Below, piece by piece: positions 22,858 through 32,996 of a DNA stretch of 64,000 nt. A program made the position numbers and the translations under genes. A model generated the notes under the pieces. The model saw only the letters and a list, made by a program, of their open reading frames with translations. It did not search any database and was not told where the DNA came from. Origin of the DNA: Chloroflexota bacterium (lineage in GTDB: Bacteria > Chloroflexota > Dehalococcoidia > Bin125); NCBI GenBank assembly GCA_028874365.1, contig JAPPJZ010000018.1, forward strand, positions 80,435 through 144,434. The letters run 5' to 3'. Position 1 is the stretch's first letter, and every line of letters starts with the position of its first letter.

Positions 22858-25272
22858 ATGCTCAACGACACCCGGATTCTCGACCTGACCGACGAACCAC
22901 TCGCGCTCGGCGCTCGGATGCTGGCGGACATCGGGGCGGACGTCGTTCGCGTCGAAGACGTGCGCGGAGACGATCTGCGGATGCGCGAGCCGGCGATCGG
23001 CGGAGACGCTCCACGGGTCGAACGCGGCTGGGCGCACCTGTTGTACAACGCGGGCAAACGCTCGGTCGCGGTGGATGTGGATGACCCGGCAACGTGGACC
23101 CGTATCGAGGCGATGCTGCCGCAGTTCGACGCGGTGCTTGCGCCGCTGGAGCCATCGGGGGCGCTGTCTGCATGGCTGGAGGGCGGACGCAACGGCGAGT
23201 GGTCTTCCGAGATACCGGTCGTCGATGCGGAGTTCCGCCGAGCCGCGAATGAACCGATGACCGACCTGACTGCGATGGCGGCAGGCGGACATGTGGTGCT
23301 TAACGGACATCCCGAGGATCCGCCGGTCTGGCCGGCCGGCAACCTGTCGCACAAGCAGGGCTCGATCGCGATGGCCGAGGCGGCGATGGCGCTGATCATG
23401 CAGCGCCGCCGGGGCGGCGGCGTCGGCCGGATTACGGTCGGCATGCAGGAGGCGGTCACGTTCACCACGCTGCAGACGGCGAGTGGCAACTGGTGGACCT
23501 GGCACGGCACATCGCCGAGCCGGCACATCCCGATTGGTTCGGGCGTCACATTTCAGGCCAGGGACGGTCACTGGCTGTCGTTCACCATCCATCCGCCGCA
23601 CTGGTACCGCTTCGTCAACTGGGTCGACGAGGTGCTGGGGCTCGCGGAGGACGAGTTGCGCGGCGAGGATTGGGACGATGAGTTCTGGCGCGAACAGCAC
23701 CAGCCCGAGATCGTGCCGTGGATCGATCGGCTTTGCAAAGCGCTCACCGTCACGGAGCTGCACGACACAGGCCAGGAACTCGGCCTGCTCGTGTTGCCGA
23801 TCAATACGGTCGAGGAAGTCGCCAACGATCCGCACCTGATCGCTCGCGGGTACTACCAGTCGGTCGACCATCCCCAACTCGGAACCAGCCTGATCCTTCC
23901 GCGCTCTCCGATCCGAACCCGCGGCGAACAGCCCCGAGCCAGACGAGCCCCCACCCTCGGCGAACACACCGACGAGATTCTTCAGACCTCCCCCTCCGCG
24001 GTGCGGCGGAGGGAGTCCGTTCCCAGCCGCGCGTCAGTCCTGTTCAACGGCGCAGCGCCACCACCGAGGCGCCCGCTCGACGGCGTCCGCGTGCTCGACT
24101 TCACCTGGGCGATCGCCGGATCGCTTGGTACGCGGCTGCTGGCCGACCTCGGCGCAGAGGTGTTGAAGATTGAGTCGGAATCGCGGATCGACCCGATTCG
24201 CTACCGCGGCGTGCAGCCTCCTGACCACTTCTCGATCAACACCAACGGCACGTTCAATGACTGCTCCGGCGGCAAGAAATCGGTCACGCTCAACCTGAAG
24301 ACGGAGGAGGGCATTGAGGCCGTCCGCGAGCTGGCCAGGCATGCCGATCTCGTGACGTCGAACTACACGCCCTATCGGCTCGACCGCTGGGGCATCGGCT
24401 ACGACGACCTGCGCGAGATCAAGCCCGACATCATCGTCTGTAACGTGGCGGTGATGGGCATCGAGGGTCCGCGGGCTGAGTGGCGCTCGTACGGCAACGG
24501 GATCGTCGCCATGTGCGGACTCGCGCAGCGCTCCGGCTTCCCGGGCAAAGCGCCGATCGGGCTGGGCACGCTGCACACCGACTTCACGGTGCCCTACTAC
24601 CTGGCGACCTCGGTGATGGCGGCGCTCGACCACCGTGAGACCACCGGCGAGGGCCGCTATCTCGAGATCGCCCAGTACGAGACGGCCGTGCAGCTGCTCG
24701 ACACGGAGCTGATCGAAGCCCTCAACGGCGGCGGCGAGCGTCCGCGGATGGGCAATCGATCGCCCTTCATGTCACCGCATGGCGTCTTCCCTGCCTCCGG
24801 CGATGAACGCTGGATCGCGATCGCCTGCCGCGACGAGTCGGACTGGCGCAACCTCTGCCGGGTGATCGGCCGCGCCGACCTCGCGTCGAGGCCGGAACTG
24901 GACTCGCTTGCCGGCCGTCAGGCCAACGAGGACGAACTAGAAGCTGCGATAGCCAACTGGACCCGAACCCAGGACGACTGGACCTCGTACCGACTGCTGA
25001 TCAACGCCGGTGTCCCGGCCAGCCCGATCGAGCGGCTGGAAGACTTCTTCGACGGCCAGGACCGGGCAATGCGCGACAACTACAACCCGGCCGATTCGCC
25101 CGAGGGCTGTACGTTCCAGATCCAGCAGGAGCCGATCCTCTGGGACGGGGAGCGTCTGCCCGCCGTCCGCGCGCCGATCTGGAGCGAGCACACCGAGGAC
25201 GTGCTCAAAGGCCTGTTGGGCTACAGCGACGAGGACATGACTCGCCTGGCCGCGGCTGGAACGCTTGGCTAG
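22858..25272 (+). CDS. fused tandem family III CoA-transferase (two CaiB/BaiF domains in one about 804-aa polypeptide)
   Basis: Domain 1 begins MLNDTRILDLTDEPLALGARMLADIGADVVRVE. Domain 2 begins DGVRVLDFTWAIAGSLGTRLLADLGAEVLKIES. The ORF-track start at 22540 is a non-coding upstream extension. Confidence 0.75.
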   Translation: MLNDTRILDLTDEPLALGARMLADIGADVVRVEDVRGDDLRMREPAIGGDAPRVERGWAHLLYNAGKRSVAVDVDDPATWTRIEAMLPQFDAVLAPLEPSGALSAWLEGGRNGEWSSEIPVVDAEFRRAANEPMTDLTAMAAGGHVVLNGHPEDPPVWPAGNLSHKQGSIAMAEAAMALIMQRRRGGGVGRITVGMQEAVTFTTLQTASGNWWTWHGTSPSRHIPIGSGVTFQARDGHWLSFTIHPPHWYRFVNWVDEVLGLAEDELRGEDWDDEFWREQHQPEIVPWIDRLCKALTVTELHDTGQELGLLVLPINTVEEVANDPHLIARGYYQSVDHPQLGTSLILPRSPIRTRGEQPRARRAPTLGEHTDEILQTSPSAVRRRESVPSRASVLFNGAAPPPRRPLDGVRVLDFTWAIAGSLGTRLLADLGAEVLKIESESRIDPIRYRGVQPPDHFSINTNGTFNDCSGGKKSVTLNLKTEEGIEAVRELARHADLVTSNYTPYRLDRWGIGYDDLREIKPDIIVCNVAVMGIEGPRAEWRSYGNGIVAMCGLAQRSGFPGKAPIGLGTLHTDFTVPYYLATSVMAALDHRETTGEGRYLEIAQYETAVQLLDTELIEALNGGGERPRMGNRSPFMSPHGVFPASGDERWIAIACRDESDWRNLCRVIGRADLASRPELDSLAGRQANEDELEAAIANWTRTQDDWTSYRLLINAGVPASPIERLEDFFDGQDRAMRDNYNPADSPEGCTFQIQQEPILWDGERLPAVRAPIWSEHTEDVLKGLLGYSDEDMTRLAAAGTLG

Positions 25273-25736
25273 CCGCGCCAGCGGCCCTTGCTCCGGCCTC
25301 GGAAGTTCTCCTTGTCGAAGCCGTTGTTGACCAGATCCTCGATCCTGGTCACCGCCTCCGACTTCCTGGTCTCGCCTTTCTCGGCGGTCAGTTTGCCGGC
25401 CTCGACGGCCGCATCGATTCGCTCGTTGGCCTTCTCGACCAGCGCGTCGATCACCGACTGCGCTTCGATGCCGTTCTCTTGGGCGATCTCGGCCAGCGTT
25501 TTGCCGTCGCCGAGCGCGGCCTTCAACCCGTCGGCGTCGGTTCCGACCAACCCACCCAGCGCCGAGAGTCTGGCCTCGAACTTGCCGTGGCCGTAGGCGC
25601 CATCGCAGTCGCCGTCGCCCGACCGGGCAGAGATCACCGTGATTGCCGCCACGCCGATCGCCGCGGCCAATGCCAGCGGCAGCAACCACCTGTAGGCCAA
25701 TCGGACCCATCGATTCGAAGTTGATTCCACCACCAA
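25269..25736 (-). CDS. hypothetical exported or membrane-anchored protein
   Basis: N-terminal hydrophobic segment LLPLALAAAIGVAAITVI. Confidence 0.4.
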   Translation of the reverse strand: MVVESTSNRWVRLAYRWLLPLALAAAIGVAAITVISARSGDGDCDGAYGHGKFEARLSALGGLVGTDADGLKAALGDGKTLAEIAQENGIEAQSVIDALVEKANERIDAAVEAGKLTAEKGETRKSEAVTRIEDLVNNGFDKENFRGRSKGRWRG

Positions 25737-25851
25737 TTCCTCTCTTGCATGCGGTGCCCGTCCCCGATGCGAGAACGCTATGGACGCGATGTAAGCAGGC
25801 GGTCCCGGAGTTGTATGCGGCCGGTCAGGGAATGGTGAACTCTGGCGGCGC

Positions 25852-27177
25852 CTAGGGAATGTCGGGGTCGTAGTCCATCCCGATGTGTCCGCGCTCGCGG
25901 AGGCCTTCGATCTCCGACTCGGAGTAGCCCAGCACCTTGCGGTACACGTATTCGTTGTCTTCGCCCAGCGCGACCGCGGGCTTGCGAATGCTGAGCGGCG
26001 TCTCGGAGAATCTCATGAACGGCGTGTTGTATCGGAACGAGCCGATGTCATCGAAGAGATGGTGTGCTTCGTTGAGGCGTCGATGCTGCACATGGCGATC
26101 GTCGTAGATGCGGGACGAATCCAGCACCGGCGCCGCCGGCACGCCGTGCGATTGCAACAGATGCATCAGCTCGTAGTCGTCCTGAGTCGATGTCCACTCG
26201 CCGATTCGCGCGTCCAACTCGTCGTGGCGCTCGAGCCTTCCCGCTTCGCGCCGCAGTTCGGGACCGCGGGCCCACTCGGGGTCGCCCATCGCCGCTCGCA
26301 ACCCGAGCCAGTGGTCGTCGTCCATCACCGAGATCGAGATCCAGCGGTCGCCACCGTCGGAGCCGTCGCCGTTCGATTTGGCCGGGTACAGGCTGTAGGG
26401 CGCGTGACCGTTCACGGATCGGTTGCCGATGCGTTGCTGAACCACGTCATTGAGCGAGTAGTCCATGAACGCCTGGGCGAGCATGCCGCCGGCGCATTCG
26501 GCCTGGGCCAACTCGATGAACTGTCCCTCACCGGTCCGCCGACGATGGCGCAGCGCCGCCATGATCGCGAAGGCAGCGTGCGCGCCGGCGACGTAGTCGC
26601 CGGAGAAGATCGGGGAGATGTAGGACGGGTCGAGGTCGGGATAGCCGCGGAGCAGCGTGTGGCCCATCACGGACTCGAGATGCACGCCGAGCGCCCTGGC
26701 GAATCGGTAGGGACCGTCTGAGCCATAGGCGGGCATCCGGAGCACGACGATGTCCTCGCGGGCGTCACGCAGGAAGTCGGGGCCGATGCCCAACTTCTCC
26801 AGCGTGCCTGAGGCGTTGTTCTCGACGAGGGCATCGGATTTCTCGACCAGGTTGGCAAAGATCTCGCGGCCTTCGTCGGAGATCAGGTCGACGGTCATCG
26901 AGTGTTTGTTGCGAAACTGCTGCACGAAGGTTGGGGAGTAGTTCCAGGGCCGCGGACCGGGTTCCGCATTCGGGTAACCCGCTGCCCATCCCGCCCCCGC
27001 TTTGACCATCTCGGCCGAGGGACGAGCCTGACCGCCGCGGGTCATCGGTTGCCAGACGTGGACGTTCTCAACCTTGATCACCTCAGCGCCGAGGTCGGCC
27101 AGCAGCGTGGTGCCGAACGTCCCCGCCCAGACGACGGTCAGGTCGATGATGCGGACGCCCTGAAGCGGCAATGGCAT
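25852..27177 (-). CDS. family III CoA-transferase (CaiB/BaiF)
   Basis: MPLPLQGVRIIDLTVVWAGTFGTTLLADLGAEVIKVE. Confidence 0.8.
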   Translation of the reverse strand: MPLPLQGVRIIDLTVVWAGTFGTTLLADLGAEVIKVENVHVWQPMTRGGQARPSAEMVKAGAGWAAGYPNAEPGPRPWNYSPTFVQQFRNKHSMTVDLISDEGREIFANLVEKSDALVENNASGTLEKLGIGPDFLRDAREDIVVLRMPAYGSDGPYRFARALGVHLESVMGHTLLRGYPDLDPSYISPIFSGDYVAGAHAAFAIMAALRHRRRTGEGQFIELAQAECAGGMLAQAFMDYSLNDVVQQRIGNRSVNGHAPYSLYPAKSNGDGSDGGDRWISISVMDDDHWLGLRAAMGDPEWARGPELRREAGRLERHDELDARIGEWTSTQDDYELMHLLQSHGVPAAPVLDSSRIYDDRHVQHRRLNEAHHLFDDIGSFRYNTPFMRFSETPLSIRKPAVALGEDNEYVYRKVLGYSESEIEGLRERGHIGMDYDPDIP

Positions 27178-27194
27178 GGTCGGAATGCTACCTG

Positions 27195-27413
27195 CTACTC
27201 GAACAGCTCACGTGGCAGGCCCGAGCGGCGGATAATGGCCACGAGGGTGCCGGGACGCACCACGCGGTGCAACGGAACAGTGAGCGGCCTGTTGAGGTCG
27301 CCATCGGGCGGCATGAAATTCACATGGCTGCCGCGTTGACTCAGTTCTTCGATCCCGTTCCGCGAGAGAATCTCACACACCTGCCAACCCGACAGCACCC
27401 GCAGTCTAGCCAA
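27195..27413 (-). CDS. hicA: HicA toxin (mRNA interferase)
   Basis: LSGWQVCEILSRNGIEELSQRGSHVNF...GTLVAIIRRSGL matches the HicA pattern (..ILEK.GF...R.KGSH..Y...GTL..ILKQAGL). Confidence 0.65.
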   Translation of the reverse strand: MARLRVLSGWQVCEILSRNGIEELSQRGSHVNFMPPDGDLNRPLTVPLHRVVRPGTLVAIIRRSGLPRELFE

Positions 27414-27711
27414 CGGTGGTCTCGGATACAGGCGCGTCTACGGCAAATGAGAATCGGCCCACTTCAATGATGGAGTAGTCCTCTTCTTCCGCGAAGACGT
27501 CGTCCAGGGATGACCATGCTCCACTCAATCGCCGACCGATCTCATCTGCCGGCAGGGTCTCCAACACACCTTCCACCGCGTCCTGGATCATCTCGCGTGC
27601 GTGTTCGACTGAGTCTCCCTGGGTGAGCACATCCAACTGCGGGCAATAGACGAGATAGCCCGGAGGCGGCTCGCCGTCGTCGTAGAGGATTCCGATTAGC
27701 TCGTGCGCCAT
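27406..27711 (-). CDS. hicB: HicB antitoxin (UPF0150)
   Basis: Lies upstream of hicA and overlaps it by 8 nt. N-terminal domain YLVYCPQLDVLTQGDSVEHAREMIQDAVE. Confidence 0.6.
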   Translation of the reverse strand: MAHELIGILYDDGEPPPGYLVYCPQLDVLTQGDSVEHAREMIQDAVEGVLETLPADEIGRRLSGAWSSLDDVFAEEEDYSIIEVGRFSFAVDAPVSETTVG

Positions 27712-27754
27712 ACGATCTCCACAGGCTTCTCAAGAACGAGTGTTCCGTTCCGAT

Positions 27755-28972
27755 TCATCCTACCACTCCTGAGCGCCGCAGTTCGGCAACCTCCCCGACC
27801 CCAATCCCGCACTCAGACAGAACCTCGTCCGTATGCTCGCCGAGCATCGGCGGCGGACGCCTCAGCGACCACGGTGACGCCGACATCATGAACGGTCGGC
27901 CGGGGATCTGGACATCGCCCAGCTCATCGTGAGTTGCGGTCGCCCAGAAGCCTCGATCGCTGAAGTGCGTGTCCTCGAACAGCTCGTCGACCGAGAAGAG
28001 CGGGCCGCAGAGGACCTTGGCTTCGCGTGCCTCGGACCAGATTTCTCGCTTGGTGCGCTCCAGAGACCAGGGCAGGAAGTGGGCGTTGAACTCCTCGACC
28101 AGCTCCGGATTGACGCCGGCTCCCGGGCGCCACCACTTCTCGTCCTGCAGCCACTCGGGGCTGCCGAGCATGTCGTCCAGGCGCGGGATGCGGATCGCCG
28201 CGCCCGAGAACTCGACGTAGCCGTCGGCGCACGGATAGACGCCCGAGAGCATGCCCGCTGCCGGACCGGGGGGCCGCAGCGACTTGCGGCCGGCATACTC
28301 CCAGCCCATGGTTGCGGCGTGGCGACGGTCGACGCCGTTGAACTGCGCGTCGGCCATGGCGAAGTCGACGTGTTGGGCGATGCCCTGCAGCTCGGCCGAG
28401 GTCAGCGCGCCCATCGCGGCCGTTGCCGCCGCCGATCCGCACTCGACCAGTGAAGCCGTGCCGTACATCTTGACCGGCTCGCGATCCTGCACGCCGATCG
28501 AGTACATCTCGCCCGCGAATCCATACAGCACCAGGTCCGAGACGCGGTAGTCGCGGTAGGGCGAGTCGTGGCCGAACGGTGTGATCGAGACCATCGGCAG
28601 ATCGCTGCGCCGCGACTTGACCTGCTCCCAGCCGTAGCCGAGCGCGTCGAGCCGACCGGGCGGCTGCGACTCGACGACGATGTCCGCCTTTGCGATCAGC
28701 CGCTCCATCACCGGCCGCGCCTCGGCCCGTTCCAGGTCGAGTACGAGCGAGCGCTTGTTGGTGTTGAAGTAGAAGAACGTCCCGGAGCGCTCGGGTCCAC
28801 TGATGTCCTGGTACCACGGGCCGACGGACCGCGACGGGTCTCCGCCGGGGGGCTCGACCTTGACGACATCCGCGCCGAAGTCGGCAAACAGCTTGGTGCA
28901 ATAGGGGCCGGCGATGTGCTCGGTGATGTCGAGGACGGTGATGCCATCGAGCGGGCCGGTTGGGTCGGGCAT
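27755..28972 (-). CDS. family III CoA-transferase (CaiB/BaiF)
   Basis: LDGITVLDITEHIAGPYCTKLFADFGADVVKVEPPGG. The start may be 28996 or 28972. Confidence 0.75.
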   Translation of the reverse strand: MPDPTGPLDGITVLDITEHIAGPYCTKLFADFGADVVKVEPPGGDPSRSVGPWYQDISGPERSGTFFYFNTNKRSLVLDLERAEARPVMERLIAKADIVVESQPPGRLDALGYGWEQVKSRRSDLPMVSITPFGHDSPYRDYRVSDLVLYGFAGEMYSIGVQDREPVKMYGTASLVECGSAAATAAMGALTSAELQGIAQHVDFAMADAQFNGVDRRHAATMGWEYAGRKSLRPPGPAAGMLSGVYPCADGYVEFSGAAIRIPRLDDMLGSPEWLQDEKWWRPGAGVNPELVEEFNAHFLPWSLERTKREIWSEAREAKVLCGPLFSVDELFEDTHFSDRGFWATATHDELGDVQIPGRPFMMSASPWSLRRPPPMLGEHTDEVLSECGIGVGEVAELRRSGVVG

Positions 28973-29115
28973 GAGTCGGAGTGTAGGGGCACACACAACG
29001 ACGGCAGTCGAGTACTTCGATCCTCGATCTGAGACGGTCTCGCCCGTTCTCCCTAGCGAACAACGTGCGCTTGCAATATAGAACGGATCATCGATAGCGG
29101 GTCTATGCTGGCCGC

Positions 29116-29346
29116 ATGGTTACGACGAATCCGATCCTGCGTATCCGCAGGGCGTTGCGCTCGGTCGGCGCCAGCGCCGATCAGGCCGACGAGTTTGCAA
29201 GCGCGATCGACGAGATCTACGTCAGTCGGGAACAGTTCGAAGACCGGATCGGCAGGATGCTTGCAGACCACCGCCGGCAGTTGCTCCTGGAGATGATCGT
29301 GATCGTGAGCATCGCTGTGGGCGTCATTCTTGCGGTTCTGGCGTAG
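29116..29346 (+). CDS. small C-terminal TM-anchored protein, unknown function
   Basis: 76 aa ending LLLEMIVIVSIAVGVILAVLA. Confidence 0.3.
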   Translation: MVTTNPILRIRRALRSVGASADQADEFASAIDEIYVSREQFEDRIGRMLADHRRQLLLEMIVIVSIAVGVILAVLA

Positions 29347-29595
29347 AAGGCTGGCCCGGCTACGACTGCGTTGCGGCTCCCGCTGAGATCGCGCCGAATC
29401 AAGAGCCCTTGCGCGAGCGGCTTCCGTACCATCCCGGACTGCCACCGCTGGTGTGCGAGCACATGCTTCACCACCGAGGCGAACGTAGCATGATGGTGAC
29501 GGGCACGAATCGCTGTTGGTCCCGCGCCCAGGCTGGGAACAGACATCTGCGCGGCAGCTCCATCACAACGGGGAGCTCCTGGAAAGAGGCTCTTG

Positions 29596-31260
29596 ATGAC
29601 CACGGCACTCGACAGCGTTTCCGCGGTTTCTGACTGGTACGTCGACGCACTCGCGGCGGCGAGTCCGAACATGGCGACGGCGCTGGGGATTCCGGGTCGA
29701 GAGACGGAGCTGACCGACTATTCGCCGGACGGTCACGCGGAGCGGACAGGGATTCGGCGGCAGGCGGAGGCGGCGCTGCGGCTGCTGAACATCGAGACCG
29801 AGCGGGATCGCGTGGCTCGGGATGTGATGCTGGAACGGTTCGCTTACGAGGCCGAGCTGGAGGATCAGCAGGAGCATTTGCGCTCGCTGAACATCCTGGC
29901 CTCGCCGCTGCAGAACACTCGACAGGTGTTCGACCTGATGCCTCGGGAGACGGAGGAGGACCAAGCGAACATCGTGGCGCGGATGGGGGCGGTGCCGGAG
30001 GCGCTGGAGCGGTATCGGTCGTCGCTGGCGTCGGGGATGGCGCAGGGGATCGTGGTGGCGCAGCGCCAGGTGCGTGGCGCGGTGGAGCAGTGCCGGGTGT
30101 GGTCGGGCGCGGGCGAGGGCGCATCGTTCTTCCGCGGGCTGTGCGACTCGCTCGGGATCGAAGGCGGCGACAACGTGACGGCGGCGGAGCAGGGCTATGC
30201 CGCGATGGGCGACTGGCTGGAGCGGGAGTATCTGTCCAATGCGAATCCTCGCGATCCGGTGGGTCGGGAGCGCTACCAGGCGGCGTCGCGGGGGTTCAAC
30301 GGGATCGAGCTTGACCTCGATGAGACCTACCAGTGGGGCTGGGAGGAGGTCTGGCGCATCCAGTCGGAGATGGCGGCGACGGCGGAGCGGATCTCGCCGG
30401 GCGCGTCGGCGGCGGAGGCGATTGCGATCCTGGAGTCGGACGATGCGCGCGCAATTGTGGGTGAAGACGCCTTCCGAGACTGGATGCAGCAGACGCAGGA
30501 CGAGACGATGCAGGCGCTTCTGGGCACGCACTTCGATATCGCCGAGCCGGTGCAGCGGATCGAGGCGATGATCGCGCCACCGGGCGGGGCGCTGGCGATG
30601 TACTACACGGGGCCGTCGGAGGATTTCTCACGTCCCGGTCGGACGTGGTATCCGACCGGCGGCGAGACGCGCTTCCCACTCTGGCGCGAACTGTCGGTCT
30701 GCTACCACGAGGGCGTGCCGGGGCACCATCTGCAGATTGGCACGACGCGCTACCTCGGCGAAGAGCTAACTCGCTATCAGCGCCTGCTGGCGGGGACGTC
30801 GGGTTATGTCGAAGGCTGGGCGCTGTACGCCGAGCGTCTGATGGCCGAGCTGGGCTACCTGGAAGATCCGGCCTACTACATGGGTCTGCTGAGCAGTCAG
30901 GCGCTTCGGGCGGTGCGGGTGGTGATCGATATCGGCATGCACCTGGAGTTGCCGATCCCGGAGCAGGAGGAGTATCACGGCGGCGAGACCTGGACGCCGG
31001 AGCTGGCGCTGCCGTTCCTGATCGAGCGCTCGTTCTTCCCCGAGAAGATGCTGGCCAGCGAGGTCGATCGTTACCTGGGCTGGCCGGGTCAGGCGATCTC
31101 GTACAAGGTCGGCGAGCGCGAATGGCTGGCCGCTCGGGAGGCGGCCCGCGAGGCGCTAGGCGACGCGTTCGATCTGAAGAGCTTCCACAAGGCGGCGCTG
31201 GATCTGGGACCGATGGGTCTGCAGCAGCTTCGCGATGAGATGTCTCGGCTGCGAGGTTGA
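29596..31260 (+). CDS. DUF885 family protein (putative metallopeptidase-like)
   Basis: YHEGVPGHHLQIG motif typical of DUF885; 555 aa. Confidence 0.7.
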   Translation: MTTALDSVSAVSDWYVDALAAASPNMATALGIPGRETELTDYSPDGHAERTGIRRQAEAALRLLNIETERDRVARDVMLERFAYEAELEDQQEHLRSLNILASPLQNTRQVFDLMPRETEEDQANIVARMGAVPEALERYRSSLASGMAQGIVVAQRQVRGAVEQCRVWSGAGEGASFFRGLCDSLGIEGGDNVTAAEQGYAAMGDWLEREYLSNANPRDPVGRERYQAASRGFNGIELDLDETYQWGWEEVWRIQSEMAATAERISPGASAAEAIAILESDDARAIVGEDAFRDWMQQTQDETMQALLGTHFDIAEPVQRIEAMIAPPGGALAMYYTGPSEDFSRPGRTWYPTGGETRFPLWRELSVCYHEGVPGHHLQIGTTRYLGEELTRYQRLLAGTSGYVEGWALYAERLMAELGYLEDPAYYMGLLSSQALRAVRVVIDIGMHLELPIPEQEEYHGGETWTPELALPFLIERSFFPEKMLASEVDRYLGWPGQAISYKVGEREWLAAREAAREALGDAFDLKSFHKAALDLGPMGLQQLRDEMSRLRG

Positions 31261-32113
31261 TGTCGTGAGGCGTCTGCTGCTGGTTCCGCTGACCCTCGTG
31301 TTGCTTGCGGTCGCCTGCGGCTCGGGCGACGAAGCGCGGCCCAACACGGGCACCGCAACGTCGGAGCGGGCCGAACGTCAGGCGACGGTCGCTCAGCAGC
31401 AGGAGGCTGCAGTCCAGGAGGACGCGGAGGCTGTCGAGGCTGGCCAGGAGACTCAATCGATTCAGCAGGTGCAGCAGCAGCAACAGTCCGCTGTCGAGGT
31501 TGAACAGCAGCACCAAATTCAGCCGACGCAGGAAGAGACGGAAGGCGAGGAACAGGTCGACGAACTGCCTTCCGAAATCGTGGGCGTGCACAAAGGTGTG
31601 CGCTCGGAGCGGAATGTGCTCGGCGAGCCGGATGCGCCGGTGGAGATCCGCTACTTCGGCGACTTCACTTGAGGCGGCTGTCAGTGGTTCGCGGCTCAGG
31701 TTGAGCCGCTGATCGTCGAGCGACTGGTCGCGACCGGCAAGGCCCGCTTCGTCTTCCGTCACTTTCCCGTTCGCGGCGACGCGGCGGACTTTGCAGCCTA
31801 TGTCGTCGAGTGCGCAGCCAATCAGGGCGCGTTCTGGCCGCTGCACGACCGCTATATGGCCGGCGATGAGACGCTGTTCACAGAGGCGGGGCTGCGCCGG
31901 CAAATCACGTTCGAAGGACTCGACTATGCCGAGTTCGTGACATGCATGACCGAGGGTCACACCGTACCGACGGTGATGGCCTCGCGCGCCGAGGGGGAGT
32001 CGCGCGGCGTCGCGGGCACACCCACGGTCTTCGTCAATGGTGAGCACGTCGATGCGACGTTTGAAGCGATCGAAGCGGCCGTCGAGCAAGCGCTGACCGG
32101 AGCCAACCAGTAA
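31235..32113 (+). CDS. DsbA-like thiol:disulfide oxidoreductase lipoprotein, selenoprotein paralog 1 (U-GGC active site; TGA at 31670-31672)
   Basis: Signal/lipobox LLAVACGSG and a Q/E-rich linker. IRYFGDFT-U-GGCQWFAAQVEP aligns with the DsbA F-x-D-F-x-C-P-x-C motif. The downstream region is in frame with no stops to TAA 32111-32113. An alternative GTG start lies at about 31265. Confidence 0.7.
31691..31709 (+). promoter_or_regulatory. SECIS-like hairpin 19 nt downstream of the in-frame TGA of paralog 1
   Basis: GCGGCTCA-ggt-TGAGCCGC, perfect 8-bp stem with a G/U-containing loop. Identical to the paralog 3 hairpin. Confidence 0.45.
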
Positions 32114-32160
32114 TCGGGTTCGTCACTTCGACGCGAGAGCAGTTCGAGTACTCTCGGATC

Positions 32161-32994
32161 ATGGGACGCTACCGGTGGCTCGTTGTCCTGGCGCTGGGGA
32201 TGGGGATGGCGGTCGCGGCCTGCGGTTCGGGCGGAGGACCGGTCGACCAGGACGGGCAACCGGTGTCCACCGAGACCCCGCGCAGCGAACGAGCCGAGCG
32301 CGAAGCCACGATCATGGAGCAGCAGGCCCAGCAAGTCGCCGGTCAGACCGCGCAGGATGAGCCGGTCCCGGATACTCCGATCGAGTCAGGGGCGGGCGAG
32401 GTCGAGGACGAGGCAGCAGCGAGCGGGGTGATCGACTTCGGCCACCGCGAGGGTTTGCCGTTCGCCCGGAACGTTGTCGGTGATCCTGACGCGCCGGTGG
32501 TGATTGTCGAGTATTCGGACTTCCAGTGACCGAGCTGTCGAAGTTTCGCGTCTCGGTTCGAGCCGCAAATCATGGAAGAAGTGATTCGCACCGGTCTGGC
32601 GCGGTACGAGTACCGGCATTTCATCATCTTCGGCGCGGCCTCGGAGTTTGCTGCAATGGCGACGGAATGCGCGGGCGATCAGGGGGCCTGGTGGGAATTC
32701 CACGACGAGTACCTGTTCGAAGGCCGCGCGCGGACGTTCACCCGCGCTGGGGCGATTGAAATCGCAGAGCGTGAGGGCCTCAACATCGCCCAGTTCACGC
32801 AGTGCATCGATAACGAAGAGCACCGTGATCGCATCCTGCAGATGCAACAGCAAGGCTTCGCTGAAGGCGTCAATGGCACGCCGACGTTCCGAGTGAACGG
32901 CGAGCCGGGCGGGCGTTCGCTGAGCGCAATTCTTGACAAGGTCCACCAGGCTGCGGAGGCAGCCGAGGCCGCAGAAGGGCAAGAGGGAGGCTAA
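32161..32994 (+). CDS. DsbA-like thiol:disulfide oxidoreductase lipoprotein, selenoprotein paralog 2 (U-PSC active site; TGA at 32527-32529)
   Basis: Lipobox AVAACGSG. VVIVEYSDFQ-U-PSCRSFASRFEP is a canonical DsbA C-P-x-C with Sec replacing the first Cys. In frame with 32572..32994. Confidence 0.7.
32548..32566 (+). promoter_or_regulatory. SECIS-like hairpin downstream of the in-frame TGA of paralog 2
   Basis: GCGTCTCG-gtt-CGAGCCGC (7 of 8 bp). Same spacing (+19) and same CTGTC box at +6..+10 as the other two paralogs. Confidence 0.4.
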
Positions 32995-32996
32995 CG

